From assembly GCA_951406725.2 (NCBI GenBank), contig OX597816.1, forward strand, positions 119,908,001-119,972,000: DNA of 64,000 bases. The letters are read 5' to 3'. The notes beneath the pieces were generated by a model that was not told the DNA's origin, did no database searches, and saw nothing but the letters and a program-made list of their open reading frames with translations. This DNA comes from Octopus vulgaris. Taxonomy: Eukaryota. This document shows, one piece after another, positions 52,520 through 64,000 of this stretch. The stretch's first letter is position 1. The number at the start of each line of letters is the position of its first letter. Both the position numbers and the translations under genes were made by a program.

Positions 52520-52932
52520 TCCTTTCTGTCTCGGGAGACAATGGGGTTGTGCATGAAGTAGTCTAGTCTGGCTTTTATATTTCATGTCCTGATACATTTC
52601 CTGCTGTGGCTGTGTAGTCCTATCCTGTACAAACACTCCCTCTGGCAGGTACCGCAAATGTAGCGAAGACTGTTCCTGGCTGGTTGTAGTGCCATAGTCT
52701 CTTGTTTACGTCTTTTCCTTTCTTTCCATTTCTCCTCTCTCTCTCTGTCACTCCTTTGTATTCCCTCTTTTACGGTACGTCGCCATTCTCCACGGTTGCC
52801 GGCAACTGCCTCCCAACCGCTAATATTGATGTTGCAGGCCTTCATGTCCCTTTTGCAAACATCCTTGTAACTTAAGATCGGTCTACCCACAGACATAGTA
52901 CCCCTAGCAAGCTCTCTGTAGAGTATCTGAAT
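52520..52932 (-). mobile_element. BovB-like RTE LINE 3' end
   Basis: LYRELARG...GRPILSYKDVCKRDMK...WE..A.NR..WR...YICGTCQRECLYRIGLHSHSRKC. Confidence 0.88.
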
Positions 52933-53463
52933 ATAAGCATATGTATATATATATATGTCTTTGGTAGAAATGAACAAAAGGATCGCCCAGATGATAGCCT
53001 ATTTCCCAATGAAGTTGCAATGTGCTGTAGAATATAATGTTGGTGAATATGCAATTGAAGCAGTGAGTAATCTTAGGCTGGTGATTGTTGTGGTGTTACT
53101 GATGTAAGAACAGGTGTGGATGACTTATGCATGTAATGAGCTGAGCATACTTAAAAAGTATCTGGTTAGGTGTTACTGGCAGCTAGAGATTTTCTAACTA
53201 AAAGATTATGGAAATTTAAAAAAAATCTTTTTTGAAGGAGAGGTGGTGTTGGAAAGATCAGGGCAACTACAAGATCAGAAAATAAGAGGGTAGAGGATAA
53301 GTGAGTGGTAGTATAGTTGATGGCCTGGGTCTGCTGGAATGTGAGATACACAACTAATCAAGAGGTACCCACAAATGAAGAGGTGCTTCAGTTTAAGAGT
53401 AAATTGATGTTGCATAACTTGTGAAATCAGCAGAAATGAGAGAATGGAATAGTAGATCTAGAT

Positions 53464-53732
53464 CAGAGGTTCCCAAACTTTTTCAGGCAGCCATCTCCTT
53501 GGCACCTGGCCACATTACTAGTGCCCCCCCCCACATCCTCATCGCCACAAACATAGACCACTTTCTGCAGAAAATTCAAAACAAGTGTATTTCACAAATA
53601 AAACTTAGCCTAATTAACCTTTTTTTTAACACCCTTTTTGGTCACCTCATTATCACTCTGCTTTTCTTCAACGCCCTGCTGGATCTTTCCACTGCCTCCA
53701 GGGGGCAGTACCGACCACTTTGGGAACCACTG
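53464..53732. mobile_element. hAT (Charlie/Buster-like) MITE
   Basis: TIRs cagaggttcccaaa / tttgggaaccactg. 8-bp TSD atctagat / atctagag. Confidence 0.88.
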
Positions 53733-55680
53733 ATCTAGAGTGTCAGTTACAGTAAGACTGAATTCTAGGGCTGTATGAAATGAGTTAGTATAAAGGATGA
53801 ACTATCAAGTTGCTATATGGTTAGTCATTAATGTAACAACTTCAAACTTCTGGGGTCCGATCCAGTGAAACAGGCAAATAGTACACCATGCTACAATACA
53901 CTATAGTGTTACATCATTGCACAACATATGAACCAATATTTGAAGTCACTCTGAGTTTTCTCAACATGCTAGAAATAACAGCCAAGACCCCGATAATTAC
54001 CCTCCCTAGAGTGGTACTGAGTTCTCTACACATAATACAGGATGGTCATGGATGGAATGCGTTTGAACATAGGTCTGCTCAATCAGGGAAGCTCTACAGC
54101 TAAACGACAACAATACTACATAATATACAGCTTTACATTAATTTTTATGATGAGTGAAATGGTTTTTGTGGGAGTCATTAACATTCTACAGATGGAGATG
54201 TTTTGATTAATAATGCAATGAATCTGTTTTATGTTACTTAAATGAAGTTTGATAAACAATAGTAGTAACAAGTAAGGTTTGAACTCGTTTCTGTGTGGTC
54301 AGTTGTCTAATACCTCAACCTCACAGCTTCCCACAGGATAGCAAACCTAATCCATCAGCCTGTTAACATTACCACCAGGCTATTATGTACTTTTAGTAGA
54401 GGTTACTCTGCTGACATCATTCAAACCAGATTTCCAGTCTGAGGGTAACTTGATGCCCTGTACTGTCTCCTACAGTAGCAACTCCTGATTATGGTTCCTG
54501 CAACTCTTTTCATCCTTGGAAGCCCTGCAAAAATTTATGGAAACCTTCAAGGGAGGCTTCTACACAGTCACTCAACCTCAAATTATATCTTTTGACCTTA
54601 TTTGATAAGAAAAGGAATATCAAATAGTACTGTCCTAGACTTTAAAAAGGAAGATGAGGTTAAAATATAGGTTTAAAATATTTATGAATGAGTATTGTTT
54701 GTTCCTCTCCAGATTAAATAACCCCATTCCACATGTGCACACACACACACAATATTTGAAACAAATTAACAAATTCCTAAATGGTCGAGTAGTCTGACAT
54801 ACTTAATCTGAAGAATTTCTTCATCTCAATGAACAACTCATGTTACTTTAGAAACATGAATCAAATGAAGTACAGAAGACTTCAAGCCATACGGATGAAT
54901 CTACGTTGGATTGTGCTGTTTCTGTTTTAATGTAGTCTTAAGAGAGACTGTTTTTTTTTTCCTTCTATCAAATGCAGACACATTTGTGATTTTTGTTATA
55001 GAACAGCAAAGACAAAAATAAATATTATGAAAAGGAAATTAAAATAAACAAAATCCCGCAAATACACACTGATAAAAATATCACACACAGACATGTATCT
55101 ATTTATCAATCTCTCTCTCACCCTCTCTCTATGAATGTATGCCTATTTGTTTGTGAGTACATCATCAGTATATCAGGTGATGAACGATAGCAACAAGTGG
55201 CAAAAAGCCTTGCTAAATAAGACCCACCCAACCCATAGCAGAATTATAAATTGGACATGACGAATTAATGATGATGATGACTCATAAGCATCAATATTTT
55301 ATTTTGAAGTGATAACTACTACCATTAACATTACAACCACCACCATCATCAGCGATAACAAGCCAATGAGAGTATTGACATGGTTGTTTGACCTGGTAGC
55401 AATAGTAACTAAATCTCCCTCAAATCACATCCTATAGTTTTAAATATAGAGAGCAGAGTTCTTTTGTTTGAATTAATTATGAAAATAAAGAATTTAGTAA
55501 AATAACTCAGTCATTATTAAGCTGGGGTTTGGAACAAATTAACATGGAATTTTGATGGCAGTAAACAATCTAATTTGTTTCTCATCAGCCCTCAAAAACT
55601 TCCATAATTTACATAGCTTTGTCCACTCTTCTATAAAGCATCAAATTATCTTCTCAAATCTAGTGTAAAAAATTATTTTT

Positions 55681-55752
55681 CCCTGATGATGGAAATGAAT
55701 CTTAAGATTCATATGTAATCTGTACGAATGTACTCCTGAAACGATCACTGGA
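55681..55752 (+). ncRNA. Degenerate hammerhead-like motif with long stem II
   Basis: cc CTGATGA tgga...(atgaatct-ta-agattcat)...tcct GAAAC gatc. Stems I and III are poor. Confidence 0.35.
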
Positions 55753-56146
55753 ACACCTTATTTTCCTCTAACATGTTATCCAAAACTCTTTTTAATGTCT
55801 ACTATGTTCTCTATATTATATTTTGAATTTAAAAAAAGAAAATGTTCTTTTTCTATATTTCATCATTTTCATCTATATTCTATTATTATTATGTTTACAT
55901 ATCTATATGTTCATGTATATTTTTAGTATTTATGTATTTTAATATTTCTATAATTTTATATTTCTAATATATCAATACATGTTTTAGATTGAACAATTCT
56001 TATTTTATCTTAATTAAACCTGTGAGGCAATGACGAAAGACCGAGATCTCTGGAGATATGCTGTGACTGCAAAGACCCGACAAATAACATGAGTTCATGG
56101 CTGTTTCCTGCACCAGCTTCACATAGCAGCCCCAGCCCATCCAAAG

Positions 56147-56239
56147 TACCTTGGATCGCAGGACGGCCTGCTGTGCTTACCTTGGATCATAGGGCAACCT
56201 GCTGTGCTTACCTTGGATCATAGGGCAACCTGCTGTGCT
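56147..56239 (+). repeat. 3 x 31-bp tandem repeat within an RTE 3' UTR
   Basis: taccttggatc(a/g)..gg..(a/g)(a/g)cctgctgtgct three times. Confidence 0.9.
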
Positions 56240-57273
56240 TGAGGAGACCTATTGAGTCAAGTACATCAAAATCAAAATCAGATGGAAATTGTAGTTGTGA
56301 TACCTGTGCCGGCGGCACATAAAAAGCACCATCAGAATGTGGCCGATGCCAGTGCTGCCTTGACTGGCATCCGTGCTGGTGGCATGTAAAAAGCACCAAC
56401 CAATTGTGGTCATTGCCAGCCTCCCCTGGCACCTGTCCTGGTGGCACATAAAAAGCACCCACTACACTCACAGAGTGGTTGGCGTTAGGAAGGGCATCCA
56501 GCTGTAGAAACACTGCCAGATCAGACTGGAGCCTGGTGCAGCTTCCTGGCTTCCCAGACCCCGGTCGAACGGTCCAACCCATGCTAGCATGGAAAACGGA
56601 CGTTAAACGATGATGATGATGATATATGTGTTAATTGTAGCCTGCTGAATTTGAACCTTTTCTGTTGTATCTATTTTACTTGTATATGAAAGTGGTGGTT
56701 GAAGATCTCTGAAGATATCCAGAGTGTTTTTAATGCAAAGGATTTAAAACTGTTCTATAGTCTTTTGCATGTAGTATATGGTCCAACAACTTCATCTATT
56801 ATTTTCTCACTGATCTTTGTCATGACTCGAGAGTTGTTATAAAAAGACTAATTTACAAATGGACAGATTGATTTGTTTGTTAATCTGTTGTCTTTATCTC
56901 TACCATTTTAAATTCCTTCATTGCTTTTTGAATATCTTAAGAAAAGATGAAAGAAGTTTGAGGGAAGTTCTGTCTTTGAGGAAATTTTATGAAAATCTGT
57001 CACTATTTAGCCCTAAATTAACCCTGATCTAACAGACTATGGTCAAAGCCATTCCATCTTTGACCATCCCAACTTTTTAAGGGTATCTAGAACTATATTG
57101 TTTAACCTCTTTTGATACCAACCCACTAATACTGCCCCTGGTGGAGTAAGCTGAGGGTCTGCCATTATTATTTTCTGAAACAAAGACTATACAGGGTTAG
57201 CAAAAAATGCAGCAATGACCAAAAAATACCTTATGCACCCTGTATATGTATATATGTGTAAATATATATATAT

Positions 57274-58675
57274 ATGATTGGCAACGAATATAGTGAAAAT
57301 TTCCGGGTAGAAGTAGGTGTGCACCAGGGCTCAGCCCTCAGTCCCCTTTTATTCATCATAGTCCTTCAGGCAATAACAGAGGAATTCAAAACGGGATGCC
57401 CCTGGGAGCTCCTCTATGCCGATGACCTAGCTCTCATAGCAGAATCACTACCGGAACTAGAAAAGAAATTTTGGGTGTGGAAGCAAGGGTTAGAATCAAA
57501 GGGCCTTAGAATAAATGTAGCAAAGACCAAAGTATTAGTAAGCAGCAAGAGGTACTCAGCAAACACCCCCTCGGGTAGGTGGCCCTGCTCAATCTGTAAG
57601 AAAGGTACAGGTAGAAACTCCATAAGATGCACCCAATGTAAGCTATGGACACATAAGAGGTGCAGCAACATTAAAGGGAAATTAACAGATAAGATAGCTT
57701 TCATGTGCGGCAGATGCACAGGGACAATAGGCACAACAGACACTCAGAAAACAGATTCCATCACACTCCAGGGAGAGAAACTAGAAGTAGTTGATAGTTT
57801 CCGCTACCTGGGTGACCAAGTTAGTAGCGGAGGTGGATGCACAGAGAGTATCACTACTAGAATACGAATAGCCTGGGCAAAGTTCAGAAAGCTCCTACCC
57901 CTACTGGCAACAAAAGGTCTCTCCCTCAGAGCGAAAGGTAGACTGTATGATGCATGTGTGCGAACTGCCATGCTTCACGGTAATGAAACATGGGCTGTGA
58001 CTGCAGAGGACATGCGTAGACTTGAAAGAAATGAAGCTAGCATGATCCGCTGGATGTGTAGTGTCAGTGTGCACGCAAGACAGAGTGTAAGCATCTTGAG
58101 AGAAATGCTGGATATAAGAAGCATCAGATGTGGTGTGCAAGAGCGACGCTTGCGATGGTATGGTCATGTGCTGCGGATGGATGAAGAGAGATGTGTGAAG
58201 AAGTGCCACACCCAAACAGTTGAAGGTATCAGGGGGAGAGGTAGACCCAGGAAGACATGGGATGAAGTAGTCAAGCATGACCCCAGAGCATTGGGCCTCA
58301 CTGAGGCAATGGCGAAGGACCGAGATCTCTGGAGATATGCTGTGACTGCAAAGACCCGGGCTGCTTTCTGCAGCAATTCCACATACCCCCTACCCATTCA
58401 AAGTACCCCGGATCCCGTTGCCCCCGTGCCGCTGGCACGTTAAAAGCTCGAACCGATCGTGACCGATGCCGGACCCCCCGGCCCCTGTGCAGGTGGCACG
58501 TAAAAAGCACCCACTCCACTCACGGAGTGGTTGGCGTTAGGAAGGGCATCCAGCCGTAGAAACTCTGCCAGATCAGACTGGAGCCTGGAGCGGCCCCTGG
58601 CTTCCCAGACCCCAGTCGAACCGTCCAACCCGTGCTAGCGCGGAAAACGGACGTTAAACGATGATGATGATGATA
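57274..58675 (+). mobile_element. 5'-truncated young RTE LINE: open RT C-terminal half (389 aa), 3' UTR and (GAT)n tail
   Basis: GVHQGSALSPLLF, LLYADD, FRYLG, RLRWYGHV and RGRGRPRKTW. Inserted in a (TA)n tract. Confidence 0.96.
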
Positions 58676-58779
58676 TATATACTTTGGGTATGGTAGATGA
58701 GTTCAGCAAAAATTTAGATTCAGATGAATATGGCACTTAAGTTGAGGCACTGGAATTTAGTACGGTATTATCCATACAA

Positions 58780-60260
58780 TTTCAAAGTAAGGTGATTAAA
58801 ATCAAAATAAGCAACAAGGATATCCAGAGGTAATGCAGTACGATCATTTCATGCAACTCCATTTAATTGAACAATGCAATCATTATATCAATTTAAAATG
58901 TAGAGCTATCTTCAGCTGCACAAAGACATAGAATTTAATTAAATTAGAACAGATGGACACAGTATAATTATACCTAAAATCTCCAAGAAGTTAAGGAGAT
59001 AGATAGAGAACATGTTGTCTCTATTTCAGCATAGAAGTTACTAAAATTATCAAGAAGACTCTGCCTGCCACTAATTTTTTGTCTTTATGGGGTCAGTTTT
59101 AATTTATAGACTAGTTTAGCAAATCCCTTGTATATCTAAGGCTGAGAGAACAGAGGGCAGTATCTGTTATAGGTAGGGCTGAGTAGAGTAGATAGACATT
59201 CTAGTTGGTATAGTCATAAAACATCAAGATTTATTATAAGCAATATCATGAAGTTTAGTAAGGGAAAACTTAAAACAAGATGTTAGCTGATAATTAAGGG
59301 GGTTGCCCAGTAGCAGACTATTGATAATGAAACAGGGGAGGTTTTATCAAATGGTACTATAGTTAAATATATTAAATAATGTTGCTATGTATACATTTAA
59401 AGTATTAGGGTAATAAAGAAGATTATTAAGAAGAATATAACAAAAGGATAGAAATTTATGAATACTTTTGAGTATATACCAAACTTCTTACCACAATAGA
59501 GGGAGGGAAAGAAATTATCCAGAAATAGTTCAATATTGTATACTTATGTACTAACTCATCAGATGGTATCTGTGAATATTGATTAATTGGTATATACTGG
59601 TATTAATAAAGGAGTATTGGGGTAACGGAACATGCCAATTATATATTAATAAAATTTTAATCTAAGCAGTATTTTTTTTAATAAGTAGTGAATATCCCAC
59701 TATAGTTTTATATAAGCTAAATATGAATTTATAGAGATACAAAAATTAGATTAATTTTATAAATAAATAAAGGCTGATTATAAAATAATAAAGAAATAAA
59801 ATAAAATAATCAAGTAGGGCAGAACATATAAAAGGAAATAAAATGGTTTAATTACTACTACTATGGTAAAGTATATGTAGCTTGTTAACACCAATAGAGA
59901 AGATTTTTAGAAAAAGTATAATTCAAAATATATTAGACTAAAAATTATATATTTACTTATTCAGCTAATATCAATAAAAGACTGATGTTTGGTATCAGCT
60001 AAAGGAATATTTAAGTTATGGAACAATCATATTTTACAGTAATCTTTTTTTAAAATTAAGGGTTATATTATAGGTTTAAGAAATTATTATTGTTACTCCC
60101 TACATGACATTTATAGTTTCTTAGTGGTACTTGTTTAGAAGGGTTCTTTATATAAAGGCCCTTATAAATACTAAGACAAGGATAGTAGAGCCATTTAAGA
60201 AGGAGATAAATCAAGTAATTTCTGAAGATCATTACAATGGGCCAAGACAACTGGTGATAT
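58780..60260 (-). mobile_element. Decayed Penelope-like element (RT/GIY-YIG remnants followed by a hammerhead)
   Basis: WPIV (cf. RPIV) and YIKN (cf. YIKD) in ORF 60068-60358, GQPP (cf. RQPPNL) near 59300, with the hammerhead downstream on the same strand. Confidence 0.5.
58834..58920 (-). ncRNA. Hammerhead ribozyme motif with extended stem II
   Basis: Reverse complement tgcag CTGAAGA tagctc...gagttgcat GAAA tgatcg TA ctgca. 5-bp stem I, near-palindromic stem III. Confidence 0.65.
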
Positions 60261-63200
60261 GCTGTGCTTGAGAAGGCCCACCCAGCAACCTCCTTTTCCC
60301 TCACAACCCACCCATGCCCACCACTGCTTTCCCCCCCCTCTCCTCCATTCTCCCTCACATATTCACCTACTTTCTAGCAAGGAATCTACAGTTTCATATT
60401 GCAGCGGGAGCGAGTGGGCCATATCATTTACATTATATTTTATTCTTTTCACATCATCCGTCATATGTTCCTGCATGTCTTTGTATGTCCCCTCTATATT
60501 TAGGCCTTGTGCCTGTAATAAAGATTTAATACAATATGCCCCTGTTAAATTCCCTCCCCACTCCTTTTGGAATCTTAAGAACTCACCCACCTCTCTCAAT
60601 CCCTGGTCCACTTCACTTTATACACCATTCTGTAACGTGGGTGTACAACCCCTGCCCTCTCTCTGTCACATCTTCACCATCATTCTCTCTATTTGAGGTA
60701 GCCATGTTTCTCTTCTAACATGCGACACCTTTTCTGTCTCTCAATACTAACTCCACCCCAGTTGAAGGAGTCTTGTCTTGCAAGTTACTCGGTGATGTCA
60801 CTGCTACTGGTACCATGTAAAAAGCAGCCAGTACACTCTGTAAAGTGGTTGGCATTAGGAAGAGCATCCAGCCATAGAAACCATGCCAAAACAGATAGCA
60901 GAGCTTAATATAGTCTTCTATTTGCCAGTTCTTATCAAACCATCCTACCTATGCCAAAATGGGAAATGGATGTTTAAATTATAATGGATGATGATGTAAC
61001 TCATGTTAGCAAGCAAAGAGAAATGAATGAACTATATATATAGCCATTATCCAAGATTTATCAAACATACCCTTTGTTGGTATGTGAGGGGCAGAAAAAT
61101 TCGATAATTTAAACAAATAAAGAATGAATCCATAAAATAGAACTGAACAACAAGAATAAATGTATTGAGGCATCACCCTAACTCAAAATTTCCTTCACTC
61201 TGGGGAAATACCTTTATATTGCATGTATGTGTGTGTGTGTATGCATTTATGTATGTATGTACCCACGCGTGCACACATAAATGTATATAGAACATGGGCT
61301 CCGAAATCCACTTTGGTCAGGTTGGGTTTATAGTAGAAGACAAAGTGTCATGCAGGGGAACTGAACCTGAAAACATGTAGTTGGGAAGCAAATGTCTCAC
61401 TATATAGCCATGTCTATGTTAACATTTATATATAAAAAAAACAAAAATTCAATTTAAGTAATAACAAACAAGCCTCAAAAGTGTGTAAAAATGCCATCAG
61501 AAAATGAATTAAAAAACCTCAATTATAATAAAAGATCAGAACATAAAAAGTATAAAAACATAAAATTTAGCAATAAATGATGTGTCACAATAAAAAAGCA
61601 GACTTAGACAATTAAATAAGTCAGTCAAATTGAAAAAAATTGTTTACATAGTTATAACAATAGGTATAATGAATTTTTAATTCAGTAATAACAAAATTGT
61701 CATTATCATAGATGTAATGGTACAGTAATTACTGTTACAATGTAGAATTATAGCCACTAATGGTATAACAATTTTTTATTCAGTAATAACATAGTTACTA
61801 TTACAATAAGTGAATGAATTTTTATCTATTAATAAAGCCTTAATGAATTTAAAAATTGATTCTAATGACTGTTATCAAATATTTCATCAGCCAAAGTGAA
61901 AGAGTTCCATATCTCTATGATACAGTTAAAAACGAGGACAAGAGTTGGTATATGAAAATGGACATGTTAATCTTTGTATCTGTGAATATGCTGTTGGTGC
62001 ACGTTATTTATTTCACAAAGCAATTGGGAAAAAGGAAGGCTGACTTAGTTATGTTGGTGTATAAATGCTCAATTATCTATAATGTATCCTGTCTCCTGAT
62101 TTTAAAGAAATCTAAGTGCTATTTATAAGCAAGATTGTGGAGAAGGAAAACAATTATTGGATTACTGGAATTGGAGCCAGTGAAAATGTACCAACTCTAA
62201 TTAAATGTAAATTGTAATTTAACTCATTAGAATTAAAACCAGCCAAATCTAACCCAAATATTCTACCTATTTTATGCTTAGACTGACCAAATCCAGCCTT
62301 TCATATCTATCCTACAATGTGATTCTAAAAATAAACACATCATTGAAATCTTGAAACTACAGTATAATGCATGGTCAGTTCAAAACAATATGAATATATA
62401 AGCATTACCTCTAACAGAATAATCTGAATGTTAAAGGGTAATTTCCAGTTTCAGATACTAATTTTTTTTTCTTTCTTTTTCATTGAAAATAATTGGATCA
62501 AGTTACCATATTTCTGTTGAAATACACTGCCTTTGCTTTAGTTAATTTTGAAGAGAGAAAGAATTTAGTAAAATAACTCTGTCATTGGGTGTTTGAAACA
62601 AATTTTGATGGTAGGTTTTAATGCAGATCACCTTAAAACAAGAAGTTTGTATTATAGAATCTGGTGTGGTCTCAGATGGATTGGGATTAAAAGGGCTTCT
62701 ATAAAAAAGCATCTGCTAGAAGCAATATTATTTTTTGATCAGGATTTTTTAAAATATAACACTTATTCTAAAGATACAATGTTTCTTTATAAATTTTGCA
62801 GGGATAAACTTTTCAATCATTTACAATGTAATTTTTATTTCATTTCATGTCACAAATTTTATAATCAAACAATATTTTAATCTCAAAAAGTAAGGGTTAT
62901 GCACTTTTTTTATAGTTTATTATTCTTATATCCTTTTGATAAAAGTTAATTTAAAAAAAAAATTTTAAGTTTTGTCTAATGCTTCATTATTTGTAACTTC
63001 CTTAATAAAAAATATATAAAAAGCCAAAATGGCAAAGTTACAGTCTTCAAACTCAAATTTTAACAGGTTAGGATTTTTAAATTAATGCAATGATTCACAA
63101 TAGCCATGGATGTTGTGCTTCTAGTCAATGTAGGAAATATATAATTAATCAAGTTACATATTACAAATAGGAGTTGGAATTGAAGGGTTTTGTGTACCAA

Positions 63201-63764
63201 CTCCACAGCCCTATAAGGAAGTGAGATGTTTGAAACCAAAAAAGTGTTTATTGAAATATTTGAACTTTTCTACTAAGTCCTATGTTATGGAGACCAGAAA
63301 ACTACAAAAAGAAATGAAAAGACTAAGTTTCATAGATGTGATAAAGAAACTGAATATTTTTGTCCTTGAAAGTGTTAAAGAAAAGACATATATGACTGTA
63401 TGCTTTATTAATAATTTTAGAAATAAGCTTACTAAATTTAAGATTGCTTTCTATAATAACTCTAAAGTTCCCTTGTGGTTTCATAAGGGTAACAAATGTA
63501 ACTGTAGAACAAACGGCATGGAAGAGAAATTTAGAACCAAAAAACAATAGCAACATATTTGTCAATGGAAAGCTTCAAAGCAGTTAATAGATCAAAGTTC
63601 AAATGAACTTAAGTCTCCTTTAAAGAAGGCTACATTTGAAATATTTTTCACAATTCATTTATATTTTAATATCATCAGCATAAATGCTTAAATTTACATT
63701 TTTTTTGACACATTTGTCAGCCTTATTTTCATAAATAAAATAGTTCAATCACATTGGCTACGAG

Positions 63765-63977
63765 TTACAGGCAATCATTTAGGAAATTATGTTGCTTACA
63801 TTGAAAGGTAATTTTGGAAAAAACCCAATACTTAAGTAGAAACATTAACTGTTGATTGGAACCTAACAAGACAGTGTAAATGGCATAATCAAATGCTTTT
63901 GAAAGATTTAGGGAGGCAACATGTGAAAATAGAATCAGGATTATTGATCTCTGAAACTGCAGTGGTGTAGTTTTCAA
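63765..63977 (-). mobile_element. Ancient LINE reverse-transcriptase remnant
   Basis: LNLSKAFD, cf. the LDLSKAFD motif. Confidence 0.45.
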
Positions 63978-64000
63978 TTATGTTTACAACAGAAGTATAT

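Noticed and set aside
63221-63550. 109-aa plus-strand ORF
   Set aside because: No convincing host homology. It faintly resembles a decayed CR1/L2 C-terminus.

Overview
AT-rich eukaryotic animal DNA with no prokaryotic features. The SINE, RTE and Penelope-like repeat landscape suggests a cephalopod such as Octopus (inference). The only host gene I can support is a minus-strand, multi-exon CFAP410/C21orf2 orthologue (ciliary LRR protein). Its coding exons are 43556-43491, 42124-41901, 32714-32570, two candidate micro-exons (30381-30364, 30261-30231) and 24486-24355. The N-terminal coding exon was not found in the window. A near-perfect RFX X-box lies at 46510-46523. The rest is mostly transposon-derived: RTE, BovB-like, CR1 and R4/Dong-like LINE pieces, tRNA-derived SINEs (often tandem or nested), a Helitron, hAT/mariner/piggyBac-like MITEs, a Chapaev3-like transposase relic and microsatellites. 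The most striking signal is about a dozen minimal type-I hammerhead-ribozyme motifs from several apparently distinct Penelope-like or retrozyme-like families. These include a perfect 151-bp palindrome with a hammerhead on each strand, a G3:C8 compensatory core variant, a tRNA-headed SINE-like element carrying a hammerhead, and a tandem pair of ~480-bp units. All calls were made by eye with no database search. Repeat boundaries are approximate.
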